A stretch of 63,890 bases of DNA, filler included, from Octopus bimaculoides (taxonomy: Eukaryota): the NCBI RefSeq assembly GCF_001194135.2. It is 5 parts of 5 records of this genome, joined end to end, with 100 filler letters (N's around TTAATTAATTAA, not from the genome) between each part and the next. Parts side by side here need not be neighbours in the genome. Positions count along the whole stretch, not along the records: positions 32,412 to 59,186 come from NC_068987.1; 4 more parts are not named here. One strand, 5' to 3'. The translations under genes were made by a program, and so were the position numbers. Below, one piece after another: positions 38,455 to 52,127 of the stretch (its first letter is position 1; each line of letters begins with the position of its first letter). The notes under the pieces were generated by a model. It ran no database searches and had not been told where the DNA came from. It saw only the letters and a list, made by a program, of their open reading frames with translations.

Positions 38455-41400
38455 AAAAGATAAGGAAAAAGAAAAACAAAGATCAAGACACAATCCTTGC
38501 TATGGGTGTGGAGGTCTATATTTTAAAAATAACTGTCCATTTAAAAATTTTAAATGTTTTAACTGTCAAAAAATCGGACATAAAAGCTCACATTGCAAAG
38601 TAAAGAAAAGGTTGAAAGGAAAACAATTCTGGAAAGGTTTTCTCAACAGAAAATCTAAGTGAGGCTCACAAAAGAAAGTTTGTGTACATAGAAATTAATT
38701 ATGTGAATGTGAAACTACAGCTACATACAGGCAGTGACATTACAATTATTAACACTGACACAAGTAAAAAAAATAGGAAAGCCTACATTAATGGAAATTT
38801 TTTAAATTGAAAAAGGTGTCTCAGGAAAATAATTACATTTTTGGGGTAAAATGATAACTGTGGTTACATTTTGGGGTAAAACCTTGAAAGCAAAAGTTTT
38901 TATGTTAAATAATGCAGCAAACTTTTTCAGTACTGACTGGATGGAATTGTTTAATTTATGGGACCTCCCCATAAATCTGTTCTGTAAAACTATAAATGGT
39001 TTTTCCTCTAGTAAAAATAAGTTGTTAGAGTAAAAAGTAAAAAATATTTTTTCTGAAGTTCTATCCTATAAATTAAGTCTGTGTACCAAGACAAAGGGAT
39101 GTTTTCAAACAAAGAAAAACACTATACTAGCATTTAAGCCAAAACAAATGGTACCCTTCGCAGCAACGAAGCAAGTCAATGAAGAACTAGAGAGACTAGA
39201 AGAAATTGGAATTATCCAAAAAGTGGAATATTCTAAATGGGTAGCACCAAGAAAAAGAATAATAAAATCAGAGAGTGTGCTGATTTTTCCACTGATTTAA
39301 ACAAATGTCTTAAAACGTGCTACCATTCACTACCTACTCCAGAGGATATTTTTGCAAAATTAAATGGTCAAAAGATATTTTCTAAATTGGATCTCTCTGA
39401 TGCATATTTATGAATTAGAGTAGACAATGAATGCTCGAAATACCTAACATTTAACACACATAAAGGACTGTATAAGTACAACAGATTACCATTTGGTTTA
39501 AAAGTCGCATCAGCAATTTTTCCAACAGATTATGGAAGCAATGTGAGCAGATGGTGAATTTGAAATTCCATATCTGGATGATATACTCGTTAAAAGTGAA
39601 TCCAGGGATCAACATGTAGAGCATGTAAAAAATGTATTTGAAAAAATTAAGGATTATGGCTTTACCATGAGTGAAGAAAAGTGTGAAGTTTTCTTACCAG
39701 AAATAAGATACTTAGTGCAAATTATTGACAGAAATGGATGATAACCTGACCCACTGAGGACAGACACAATATGCCACTTCTGACTAATATAGTGACCTTA
39801 CAAGCATTTTTAGAACTGGTAAATTATTACCAAAATTATATCCCAAATATGCATAAGATTGGGGCTCCACTGAATAATTTACTGAAATAGATATGAAATA
39901 GAATTGGTTAGAAAATTGCCAAAAAGCATTTAACAAAATTAAAAAAAGTATTAATATCTGATTTATCGTTTAGCTCACTTCAATTCTGTAGCAGAGATTG
40001 TTGTAGCTTCAGACACTTCAGATTATGGTATAGGAGCAGTAATGCTACATAAATATAAAGATGGTAACATGAAGGCAGTGGTTCACGCCTCAAGTCCTCT
40101 GATAGCAGTAGAGAAAAATTATAGTAAAATCGAACAAGAAGCTGTAGCGATCATTTTTGCCATGAAATATTTCACAGATTTTTGCACAGTAGAAGTTAAC
40201 AGCTATAGACTGATCACTGACCATTATTATCGATATTTGGGTTGAATAAAAAAAGAATTCTTACCTATACTGCTAATAGGTTACAACGCTGGGCTACGAT
40301 ATTACTAAAACTACGATTTCAAGATGGAGTATACTCCATCCAAGGAATTAGGCCATGCAGATTGTCTATCAAGACTGATTTTGGAAAATGCAGAACCATT
40401 TGAAGATATTGTGATTGCCACTTTGCGAGTGGAAAATAAAATTTTAAATGTTTTGTGTAACATCATTCATGAACTGCCAGTTACATTATCAGACATAAAA
40501 TCAAAATCAGAGAATGATAAATTCATTATAAAAATGAAAGAAATACTGAAGGCTAAAGAAAATATGTGCAACACAAATGCGAACCACTCTCACTGTGACA
40601 ATGTGCTGGTGTATGCACAAAGAGTCATAGTGCCAGCTGCACTACAAAAGTATTTATTAAAGAAATTTCATATTGGTCACCCAGAGATTTCAAGAATGAA
40701 ATCACTAATGAGAAGTTATGTATATTGGCCTACGATGGACCGTGACATTGAAGAGTCAGTGAAATCCTGCAACACTTGTGCACTTGCAGCCAAGTCACCA
40801 TCAGTGAAATTCTAACTGTGGCCTAAAACTGACAGTCCATGGACCAGGCTTCATATAGATTTTGCTGGATCAGTAAATGGTTGTAGTAGATAGTTTTATA
40901 CTAAGTGCCTAGAAATATGTAGATGTAGGAAACAAACCTTCATGGTAACAATAGAATTTCTTCTTGAACTCTTTGCAAGATATGGTGTCCTGGATATCAT
41001 AGTATCTGATAACGGTATGCAGTTTACGGCCTATGAGTTTAAAACTTTTTGCTCAATGTACATAACTGAACACATCTGTAATCCACCATACTACCCAAGA
41101 TCAAACAGGCAAGTGGAACATTTAAAAGATACATTTAAAAGAGCATTAAAGAAATCAAGAAATGAGCTAGTCGATGATGCAGCATTGATGCAATTCTTGA
41201 GGATTCAGGCAAGTTGCCCGCAGAACTAATGTTAGCTTGAAAAATAAAGTCAAATTTTTATAAGCTGTTACCAGTAAGAAAAACAAATAGGGAAAACACA
41301 AAAAATACAACAAAGTATTTTAATATTGGTGACAAAGTGTTTTCCAAAGTATATGAAATGGAAGAGAAGGGTGGGAAGAGGAAGTAGTAAAAAAACAATT

Positions 41401-41970
41401 AGGCAAAATGGTGTATGTGATTAGAGGTGAAAAATGGGAACACAAGAGACATTTAAACCAGTTAAAAAATAGATATATGGAAAAATAAAAGAGACACCCA
41501 TGGAAATGTTCTAAGACACCTTTGATGTTCCAACGCCACATGAAGTCAAACCTAAGCATAGCAGCACAAGAAACAGGAAACAAGAACAGTTGGAAGTAGT
41601 GCCTAAACAGAAGAAATATTAAACTTTCCTAGGAAGTAAAACTCAAAGGGGGAGATGTTGTGGCAAAAGTCATTGACACCCCTGTGGGATTGGAAGAATG
41701 GACTAACTGAACTCTTATAAAGAATAGTGTATTGGTTGAGATGGCAGAAGTTGAAGGAGTTGTGATAGCAGAAGTTGAAGGAGTTGTTGAGATGGCAGAA
41801 GTCAAAGGAGTTGTTGAAAGTTTGTGGAAGTTGTTGAGATCATTTGAGAGTTGTATTTATTGGAGCATCGAGTTTAGCGGAGTAATTTGAAGTATGTCGT
41901 GAGAAGACAGTTGTGTCTATTCCTGCTTTGTGAAATCTGTATATCCAGCGTATAGAAGGATATAAAAAAG
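38455..41970 (+). mobile_element. Degenerate Ty3/Gypsy LTR retrotransposon (Mag-like): gag knuckles, PR, RT, RH, IN, PPT, 3' LTR; 5' LTR missing
   Basis: Two CCHC knuckles (CYGCGG..C, CFNCQKIGHKSSHC); PR LQLHTGSDITII; RT FSKLDLSDAY..YNRLPFG..YLDDILV; RH SDTSDYGIGAV..NYSKIEQEA; IN H.GHP..YWP.MD.DIE..VKSC..C and PWTRLHIDFAG..VSDNGMQF; PPT aaagggggaga followed by TG at 41656. Confidence 0.93.
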
Positions 41971-41972
41971 GG

Positions 41973-43690
41973 TGAAGAACTTATCCAAAGTTGTTTGCTA
42001 TTTATGATGTATCATTCCTTTGTACAGCTCAATATAGGAACTGAACTCATTGTAAATTCCTCTTGCAATTTTTACATTATGTTCATAATAAGGATCATTA
42101 TCAGCAAAATCCTGCAGACCTTCCTCTATAAGCACTGACCCTTTAGCAATAATTTTTGTAGTCAATTCAAGTGTCTCATCTGTATTTTCAGTTCTTTTTC
42201 TAACAGCACCAGCTCTTCATAAGATAAACTTTCTCTCTGGAACACTAGCAACTCAATTACATCATTCTCTATGACTTCTTCAAATTCTACATCCTTTGCA
42301 AGTGTCACAATATCTTTCTGAATTTGATGCAGACTTTCTACTTGAGGAAAACTTTTAATGTCATGGATAGTCTTGCCATATACTTTTCCAGCCACTTTTC
42401 CAAGTTGAAGGTTTCACTTCATCCCATGACTCAGCTATATTATTATCTACAGTAGCCATTATGTTGAATTTCTTCCAGAAATCCCTAACTGTTGATTTAT
42501 CCTCAATCGCTTTCATAAATTGTATGAAAGCTATTCTCATATGATATGCATTGAGGTTAACCACCATACCTTGATCCATTGGCTGGAGCAAAGAAGTTGT
42601 TCTTGACGATATTCTAAACTCACATTATCAGAAAGGTCATCTTAGTTTACTGGGTGGCTCAGTGCACGGTCTAAAAGAAGTAATGCTTTGTTGGACATAT
42701 GTCTGGCACTGTACTTTTTTCTACTGCAGGACAAAAAATGTTTGTTAACCACTCTTTGAAAAGGCTCTTACTCATCTATACCTTCTTATTTGAATGCCAA
42801 ATATGAGGTGGATTAAACTTTGTGTAACCCTTGAAAACCCTTAGATTTTCAGAGTGATACACATGTAGAGGTTTTTATTTTATATCACCAGCAGCATTTC
42901 CTCCCAAAAGAAGTGTCAGATAAGTCTTAGAAGCTTTAAATCCTGTTATTGATTTAGGCATGTGCTTCCAGAAAAGTGCAGTCTCATCAACATTGCATAC
43001 TTTGGTGTGTATCACACTTCAAGAGTCATTTTCTTCAACTGCTTAAGATAATTAGTAGCAGCTTCTGTATCAGAACTCAGTTTCAGAAGTCATTTTTATG
43101 TTGTACAACAACTTCATATGTTTCTTTCAAACTAGCAAAAGAGGGCTTTTCATTAGAAGTTTCACTGTTTTTTTTGTTTTTCTTTGCAAATTGTAATATA
43201 AACTTTTACAATCTTTTTTTAATTACCATTGTGTTTATCTACACGTTATGCTGATTGTATTTCTTAATCTATATACTCAAAAGTTGTTCCATTTTAAGCA
43301 TTACATTAGATCTATGGAAAAATAGTTCTACATAGTTAATGGGGTGGCTTCTTGAACACTTGACATAATTTTCTCTCTGATGTTATATATTGTTCCTACT
43401 GTAGAAGCTACAAGATTTAATGATTTGGCAATATAACTTACTTTTACTTCTGCATCAAGTCTTTTTAAAAGATCAAGTTTAATGTCCAGTGTAATCCCGT
43501 TACTGTTCCTTTTTATACTACTGCCTTCAAGTCCATTTGATAGTTTCTTTCCAGATATCTATAACTATAAAAGAGAGTTTGTGTGTGTGTTCCTTATGCA
43601 TTCCAAAACTGAGGTGCCAATTTTGATGTATGGGGTATCAGATTCAGTACTATTTTGGCTACCAATTAAACTTTATTTTCATTGACATAT
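41973..43690 (-). mobile_element. Degenerate pogo/Tigger-like transposase (HTH + DDE_1)
   Basis: ITLDIKLDLLKRLD..SLNLVASTVGTI (CENP-B-like HTH); NVDETA; GFKASK..LLLGGNAAGD; LQPMDQG; C-terminal DFADNDP..QTTLDKFF. Confidence 0.88.
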
Positions 43691-44664
43691 TTGCATTACA
43701 AAACTTTAAAATTATAATGTTTTCCATAAGTCAACTATTGTAAACATTTTATACGACGACGACATCACATTTTCTATATAAGTGTGTACTTTAAAAGACA
43801 TCCATCATCATGACATACACTTTCACTCACTTCACTCACTCACTCAATCTCTCTCACACACACACGGAAAAGACAGAGACAAGAGAAAGAAACAGAAACA
43901 GAAAACAAGTTTCTATAGGAGAAGTTGAAGGATAGATTGTGGGTGAGAGACAGACGCTGATGTTTCATACCCTGTTTATGTTCTACAGTTGAAAGTGAAA
44001 AAACAGAGGGGGAAAGCAGGAGAAGGGGACGTTGAGAATCCCAGAACTGAAGTTGTGTCGTACAAATTTTCACATCATTTTCAGGTCATTTTCACTTTCA
44101 TTCCATGTTTCACGCATGCATAGAATTAGGCATTATCTCTCTCTTTCAATTTCTGATTATAATGTACAGAGACCTCATGCTATCAACAAGTTGCAACTTC
44201 CACCGATTAATTGGAATTAAGAAAGATAAGCAAAAATAACTTCCTTCAGTGCACTCACACACACACACACACACAGTTACAGTCCCCCTCCCACCTTATT
44301 TCTTACCTCAGTTTACTCACATTTCTATGTTTTCCATACAGGACATTTGCATTTCGCCCCAAAGTGGGTAGCTGGTGGGTGGCTGAGGTAGGGGAAGGGA
44401 CATTCAGTATTTCTTTCAGAAAAATTAAACTTTCAAAATCAAATTATATTTCCCACATTCATAATCTCGATTTTTCCACGTGGATAGCAAACAAAATTTG
44501 AAAAACAGTTAAGAATTAGGAAATCTCGGTGGGGAGCGGGGAAATTATAATTTTGAAAACGTGATTTCTGGACAAAATCATATTAACCACTTTTTTTACT
44601 TTTTTTCAAAATTTCATTTTTTTCTAGGTGGAAAAATATGGAGATTAAGAATATGGGGGGAAAA

Positions 44665-45508
44665 AAATTTTAATTTCAAATTTTTAATGAAAAACTCCAA
44701 AATTGATTCACACCCCATCCTGCTGTCAGTTTCCGCATGCATAGATCTATAGTAAAAGAGCAAAAGGACCACGGCATGTGAAGCCCTCACCATGAAACTT
44801 GATATGCTAAAAATAAAAGTTAAATGTCCAGAGAACTTTTGTGCTTGTGGGTACACGCACGCAACAATTTCTACAGTTTATCCAAATGAACAGAGAAAGA
44901 AGTACACAAAATATATTTTACATATCTGTCATGTACATTGGTTTGTTTTTTCACTTCAAAAGTAAACAATTCTGATAGAAACATTTATTTTGCTGTCAAT
45001 TTATTGGATTAATCCCCACAAAACACTACAAGTTTAGTCACTGGTTCAGCACCTATGTTTGTGTTCTTCATTCCAAAATAATAAAATCTTTAATATACTT
45101 CCAATCCATGTGTATCTGTGTATATATATGTACATGTGGGTGGGGTGACAGCAAAATGATTGCTTCTATCAGAATCATTTACCTTTAAAGCGAAAGAACA
45201 ATACTGATGTATACGACAGGTATGTCAAATATATTTTGTGTACTTCTTTCTCTGTTCATTTGGATAAGTTGTGGAAACTGTTGCATGTATGCACACCCAC
45301 AAGCACAAAAATTCTATGGACATTTAGCTGTTATTTATAGCATATCGAGTTTCGTGGTGAGGGCTTCACATGCCATGGTCCTTTTGCTCTTTCACTATAA
45401 ATCTACACATGCGGAAACTGACAAAACAGCCGTTCATTTTCATTTTTAGACAGGATGGGGTGTGGATCAATTTTGGAGTTTTACATTAAAAATTTGAAAT
45501 CAAAATTT
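44665..45508. repeat. Long inverted repeat: arms of at least 270 bp, spacer about 270 bp
   Basis: 44665-44938 is the reverse complement of 45206-45508 (roughly 85-90% by eye; the right arm has a ~30-bp insertion and runs into a gap). Confidence 0.85.
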
Positions 45509-46073
45509 NNNNNNNNNNNNNNNNNNNNNNNNNNNNNNNNNNNNNNNNNNNNNNNNNNNNNNNNNNNNNNNNNNNNNNNNNNNNNNNNNNNNNNNNNNNN
45601 NNNNNNNNNNNNNNNNNNNNNNNNNNNNNNNNNNNNNNNNNNNNNNNNNNNNNNNNNNNNNNNNNNNNNNNNNNNNNNNNNNNNNNNNNNNNNNNNNNNN
45701 NNNNNNNNNNNNNNNNNNNNNNNNNNNNNNNNNNNNNNNNNNNNNNNNNNNNNNNNNNNNNNNNNNNNNNNNNNNNNNNNNNNNNNNNNNNNNNNNNNNN
45801 NNNNNNNNNNNNNNNNNNNNNNNNNNNNNNNNNNNNNNNNNNNNNNNNNNNNNNNNNNNNNNNNNNNNNNNNNNNNNNNNNNNNNNNNNNNNNNNNNNNN
45901 NNNNNNNNNNNNNNNNNNNNNNNNNNNNNNNNNNNNNNNNNNNNNNNNNNNNNNNNNNNNNNNNNNNNNNNNNNNNNNNNNNNNNNNNNNNNNNNNNNNN
46001 NNNNNNNNNNNNNNNNNNNNNNNNNNNNNNNNNNNNNNNNNNNNNNNNNNNNNNNNNNNNNNNNNNNNNNNNN

Positions 46074-48652
46074 TCATCATAGTCAACAGATGGATCGTCC
46101 TATATAGTCCTCTATTGCTATGAGTTTTCAAGGCACACATTAACATGGAATTTTGCAGTTCTGTTCATTCCATCAAGTATGTATGCAAATATATAAACAA
46201 AGAGTCTGGCATGACTGTCTTTGGCCTTTCAGATGCTGATAGGGCCAATGAAGTACACCAATATCTAATGGGCCATTATGTAAGCAGTAATGAAGCCACT
46301 TGGAGACTCCTTCATTTCCCCATCCATGAAAGATATCCCACAGTTGTCTACCTCTCTGTTCATTTACAAAATGGCCAAAGAGTTTGTTTTGATCCATTGA
46401 ATCCTGAAATAGTTAGAGGACAAATATATGCGCCACAGGTGATGACACTTACAGCATTCTTTGACCTGTGCAGATGTGATGTATTCGCCACGACCATCTT
46501 CTACCCAGATGTACCAAAGTATTACACCTGGAATAACCATGTTAAGAATTGGAAGAGGAGAAAACTTGGTGTTATCATCGAAGGGCATCCACACATAAAA
46601 AAAGTAATGCTCTAGGTCGAGTTTATACAGTTCACCCCAAAAACTCCGAATGCTTCTGTCTCCGGATGCTCCTCCACAAAATTCCTGGACCGATGTCATT
46701 CAAAGACATTAAAATAGTAATCTCCTTCATTTGCGAAACATTTTGACAAGCCTGCCAACTTCTTGAAGATGGCAGACACTGGAGTTTAGCTCTTTCTGAT
46801 GCAGCACAGCTTACCAACTAAGAAGATTCTTCACGATCATGTTGTACCATTGTGATTTACTGAATCCACTACAACTTTGGGAAAACCACAAAGACAGTCT
46901 ATCTGATGACATCCTTCATGAAACTTGACGGATGCATAGGCCAAGTGTGTCCTACTTGGATGTTATATACACTGAAGCTTTACAGCATTTAGGGGACATG
47001 CTTAGTTCCATTGGAGGCAAAAGCCTATCTGACTATAGCATTCCAACAACTTCAGCTGAACATCATGGTCTTTCAAGAGAAGTAATTCAAGAAAGAGCAT
47101 ATGACTTGGATGCCCTGAAAAGGCAACTTGATGAAATTGAACCATTATTGCAAGCTGAGAAAAGGTCTGTTTACAATGAAATAGTAGTATCTACCTTGCA
47201 AGGAGAAGGACGTCTTTTCTTCATTGATGCACCAGGAGGAAGGGGGAAAACGTTTCTACTTAACCTACTTCTGGTAAAAATAAGGCAGATGGGAAACATA
47301 GCGATTGCAGTCGCATCATTAGGGATAGTGGCAACTTTGTTAACAGGTGGACGAACAGCTCATTCAACATTCAAATTACCTTTCAATTTGACTTCAACAG
47401 ATGCCCAAATGTGCAATATTTCAAAACAATCACTGACTGTGAAAGTTCTGCTCCAAACTACACTTATTGTCTGGAATGAATGCATGATGGCATACAGTGG
47501 TGCACTAGAAGCCCTAGATAGGCCACTAAGGGATATTAGAAACAATACTGCCATTATGGGGGGGGGGTTTAACTGTTGTCCATGCAGGGGATTTCTGTCA
47601 AATATTACCAGTCATACCACGGGGTATGCAAGCTAATGAGATCTATGCATGTCTGAAGTCCTCACCTCTGTGGAGCTTTGTTTGCTTAATAAGCAAGAAT
47701 ATGCAAACTCATCACTCAGCTGAGGAATTCTCTCATCAACTTCTACAAATTGGAAATAGCACCTTACTGTTGAATAACACCCTGCAGCAGCAGGTACTGC
47801 AATGTGGGCACATGGTGTCTACACTGGCCAAGCTTAAAGAAAAGGTATTTCCCACATTGCAAGACAACTTTAAAAACATAACATGGTTTGCAGAGAGAGC
47901 TATTTTAGCACCTCGGAATGAAAGCATTGATAAAGTAAGCCATGAACTCCTCCACATTCTACCTGGAGATGCTTCAACATTTGTCTTCATTGATATTACC
48001 ATTGACAAACATGCCACTGTTGAGTATCCAGTTGAATTTCTCAACTCTCTACAACACACAAGACTGCCACCACATAAGTTGTTCTTGAAGAAAGGTGCAC
48101 CTATCATGCTCTTGAGAAATTTTGAACCACCACGGCTATGCAATGGTACAAGATTGATTATAACTACAATGATAAGTCATGTCCTAGAAGCAACCATTAT
48201 TGCTGGCTGCCATCAAAGAGAGATCGTATACATTCCACGCATGCCCCTTATTCTCTCAAATGTGCCATTCAAGCGTTTCCAGTTCCCAGTGCAATTGTGC
48301 TTCACTATGGCAATCAACAAAACCCAGGGTCAAACTTCAAAAATTGTGGGTCTCAATTTGCAACTACCCTGCTTTTCTCATGTTGCATGCTCTTGAATCA
48401 GCAGTGCAGATGACTTGTATATTTATTCTACCAACACTGGACTTAGGCAAAACAGTTCATCCAGAAGCATTGTCGGCTTCACTTAACATATGTTGAAGTG
48501 TGCAGTCTGCCTAAACATTACAGAGATGGTGCTTTTCACAATGAAAAGTTCTTTGCTTCACGCTTCTCGTGTACCATTTCTACCCATAAGAAAGAAACAA
48601 TACAAGGTGGCTGTAGGTTATAACACCAGGGCAACGCTGGGATGCATGTTAG
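46074..48652 (+). mobile_element. Degenerate Helitron (Rep C-terminal part + PIF1-like helicase) with a recognisable 3' end
   Basis: NRWIV.YSP.L...AHIN.E.C.SV.SIKYVCKYINK; YVSSNEATWRLLHFPIHER; FIDAPGGRGKTFL; GGRTAHSTFKLP; P.MLLRN.EPPRLCNGTRL; QFPV.L.F.MAINKTQGQT; 3' hairpin ccagggcaacgctgg followed by ttag|t. Confidence 0.93.
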
Positions 48653-49379
48653 TTTTAAATAAAAGGTAAAATCCAGTAGCTATTAATTATCCACAACAAA
48701 TATGTTGGAAAAAGAATTGTTGCAGGATAGATTTACTTTGCGAGAGCAGAAGATTGTCTTATTCCTCTGATATAATAATGAAAATGAGATGAAAAGGTGA
48801 AAGACTGAGGACGAGAAAGATTATAGTTAGCTGAAATGTATTGAGATTTTATAGGCAGTTTGCCCCTTACACTTCTGACTTAAGACATAAACACACACAC
48901 ACACACATGCATGTATGCATGCGCGCATGAACGTGTTTGCATATATACACACATACACTCACATTCATGCACACATGTGTTGGCATGCATGCTGATATCT
49001 GATGTCAATTGGATTCAAAAGTTGGTTAGTTGATAGTGGTGGTGATGTGGGTAGCATTGGTTTAGATGTTTGTGATGGTGGGTGGGTATTGTTAGTGGTG
49101 TGTGGTCATATTGTTCTTGCTAATTGTATTGTTGTGACTGTTTAGTTTGAAGTCCATCATCACAGCTCTAAAATCAAAGACATTTCCTTCAACTTTTAGA
49201 ATACACTAGGATACCACATTATATGTTTTTATTTGAAATGGATTTGCTTATCTATTTCATACTTCATATTACTGTTGCTGTTTGTTGGTGTTGATGATAG
49301 TGTAGCATTGGTTATGACAAAGACTTTGTGTCAGTTGCATATACATAATTTATTGCTACCTTTTTTTTTTATAGAAAAC

Positions 49380-50330
49380 TTCATGATATACAAAAAGAGT
49401 TGTCACCAAAAACATATGAACATTGTGTTTCACAGGTGTTGGATATCTTTGACAGATAATTGATGATAAGGCTGATTTTTCACATCACTGCAGTTTTGTA
49501 TAGCCATGTTGATACTTCATCCATCTCCATGTTGGGTATAGAGTTGTAAAAATAGCTCTGAGAGAGAGGAATTCACCAGGGAACAGTGGCGGTTCATGTA
49601 TAGGTACTGCGGAACTACAGCACCCCCTATTTCCACTCAATATTATCGATAACATTCAATATAATCAGTCCTTTTTTCTTTAATTCTTTCTTCATACTTG
49701 TACATTATATAATCCTTAAGCTTTATGTCAGTAACCATCCCCCAGTTTATGAAAAAAAATACAAAATCGTTGTATAGAACTGTGTGCTTCACAGTTCCAG
49801 TAACATGGTGTTTGGTTGTTGTGTGATGCTCCTGTGTCCGAGGGAGAGAGAGCACTGTGTGAACAACAGTAGCACTATGTGAACGACAGTACCAACCCCG
49901 GTGTTCCGGTGGAAGGTAGTGTTTCTTTTTGACTCGGTGTGTGTTGAGCTAAAAAAATGTGTTTATATTCTTGAATATGATAAATTAAACACACTACCCG
50001 GCAGTGGCTAAAGCGCGAACTGATCAAGTTTATGTATAAATTTTCTTTTTATGTGTTTGTTTCCTTTTACACAATATTAAAACAACAGCTAAAAATTTTC
50101 TGAAGCAGCACCCCGACTAATTTTATCTACGAGCCGCCACTGCTGGGGACTGTAACAAATGGAGTTCCAATTCCCTCTGCCTTCTCACTCCAAAAGTCTT
50201 TGTTGAAAGAAAATTTTAGTGCTTATGTAAACTGTAAGTTCTGATTGGCAGAAATGAGGTCAGCATGCATGATAAACTCATGAATTTACACATGATCAGA
50301 AATGGTTTTGAAAAACAACTTCCACATTAG
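49380..50330. repeat. Unclassified dispersed repeat, copy 1 (interrupted by a MITE)
   Basis: Colinear with 52128-52560 (tgtgtttcacaggtgttgga.atctttgacagata.ttgat..). Confidence 0.8.
49584..50142. mobile_element. hAT-type MITE, 559 bp, 8-bp TSD
   Basis: TIRs cagtggcggttcatgta / tctacgagccgccactg; flanks ccagggaa and ctggggac correspond to a single ctagggac in the empty copy near 52360. Confidence 0.85.
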
Positions 50331-52064
50331 TCCCTTTTTCAGTCAAGTTTGTAGGAATAACAAAGGAGATGAAAAAAAATAAACAATAAGGAAAAGAGAA
50401 AAAAATGAACAACAGAAGAAGCACAAATACAAAATGCACATGCCACTGATGTTAAAAAATTGTCCATAGAAGAAAAAGTTCACATGTAGCATAAAATTCA
50501 GCTTATCTTACATTTGTTTATGCATTATTAAAAGTAATAGGTGTGTTTATATATTGAAGGAAACCATAAAACAGATGCTGAATGCACTGAGCCATTCAAA
50601 CTTATTGCCATATTCAACACAACTGTAGTGAGCTCTATAGAGGAAAGTAGCTGGCTGGAAGAAAGGTGCAGGAAAACATGGCTTGTGATCCTTTTATGTA
50701 AAAATGACAAGAGAACATGGTGTGTAAGTTATTGGAAGTATGTATGCACATTATTTACATTAATGAGTAAGGTGCAGCAAATTTAGTATCGAGAAAACTG
50801 CAAACATTTATGAAGACATAAAGCTCAGCCATTGCAAGAGAACTTAGAAATGTTGTAAATGTTAGGCCAGAGTATAATTATAAAAATACTAGGAAAGAAG
50901 ATTTGATGAGGATGCATATATGTACATGAGCCAAGTGCAGTCAAGTGTGGAACTAAGTCAGTCAGTGAGTGATTCATACATAATCATGTGCCGGCACAGT
51001 GAGCCAATATTGTATTTTGAACCTATTCAGCTATTTCTGAGCTTGGGAATATAAGCAGCTGAAATAGGGTAGTGTTTTCTATCCAAAATATTTTTATGTC
51101 TACTGCAGGGAATGGATGTGTTTGCTAAGTGTCTATGTGCATGTTAGATGTGAATACATGTATGTCAATTGTGTCCAATATAGATATGTTGAGATGTATG
51201 TGTGTATGAAGAGAAAGAGAAAACAGTCTTTTGAACCGCACCATAAAAATACTTTGGCATTGTTCATGTGAACTTGCAAAGTGTTGATAGCAGTGGTGTT
51301 CTACAGATGGAGTTGAATATCAAGAACATCTGACAAAGATTTAGTTACATTCAATCTCTGGTGATTTGGTTTTCCTGGCATTTTTGGAATGGAAAATCAT
51401 CTATTTGTATGTGTACAGCTACAGGACTTCACATGCAGATGATATTTTGAGAATTCCAAACATTGGAGCTTGTCTATGACAGCCTGTAATTTGTCATCAG
51501 TTGCCTTGTGAAATAAAGCTATATTTGAAGATATCAAGGAAATAATTGCTGTATTTTTAGAGGATCAGTGTCCCCTGAAGAAATTGAAATGATGGAGTAA
51601 AAGCCAAGAAAATTATGGTAAGATATGATAAAAGTTAAACAAAATGAAAGGTATCTATATTTAAATATAAAGAAAAAAAAAAGAAGATAATCATTGAAAG
51701 GCAATTAGAAAAATTGTTTTGAGCTGAAAGGGAGGAAAAAATTTTTTTTATTAGACTGGCAAACAGATTTAACTGCTATTTTGAGTGAACTGGAGATTCA
51801 GCATGTTGAGCATGTGGTGGGAAGTCAGTCATGTTTGTGAGTAAAAGTCGCCTCATGCACAATGTGTTTAATATAATTTTTATGTTTGTATGTAGTCTCT
51901 TTGAGAATTTTTTTGAATGAAATTGTCTGTATGTAGCCAGTTCCAAGTCAAACGGAATTCATGTGTACCTGGATTTCATCTAATTCATCAAGGGTTGGGA
52001 TGGCTAAATGCAGCAAATAGGATCTTTTTAGTTTGTCAGCAGTCACCAATTTAAATGGAGACTG

Positions 52065-52110
<46 letters not shown>

Positions 52111-52127
52111 GTGACATTCTTTACAAG

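Noticed and set aside
41973-43690. Domesticated TIGD/CENP-B-like host gene
   Set aside because: Multiple stops and frameshifts; a decayed pogo/Tigger copy.
46074-48400. Host PIF1 helicase gene
   Set aside because: Fused to Helitron Rep motifs, intronless, disrupted and followed by a Helitron 3' terminus.
50541-51600. Possible exons or old TE coding remnants (ORF 50541-50786 and neighbours)
   Set aside because: No motif I can recognise and no consistent splice/phase pattern; BLASTX would be needed.
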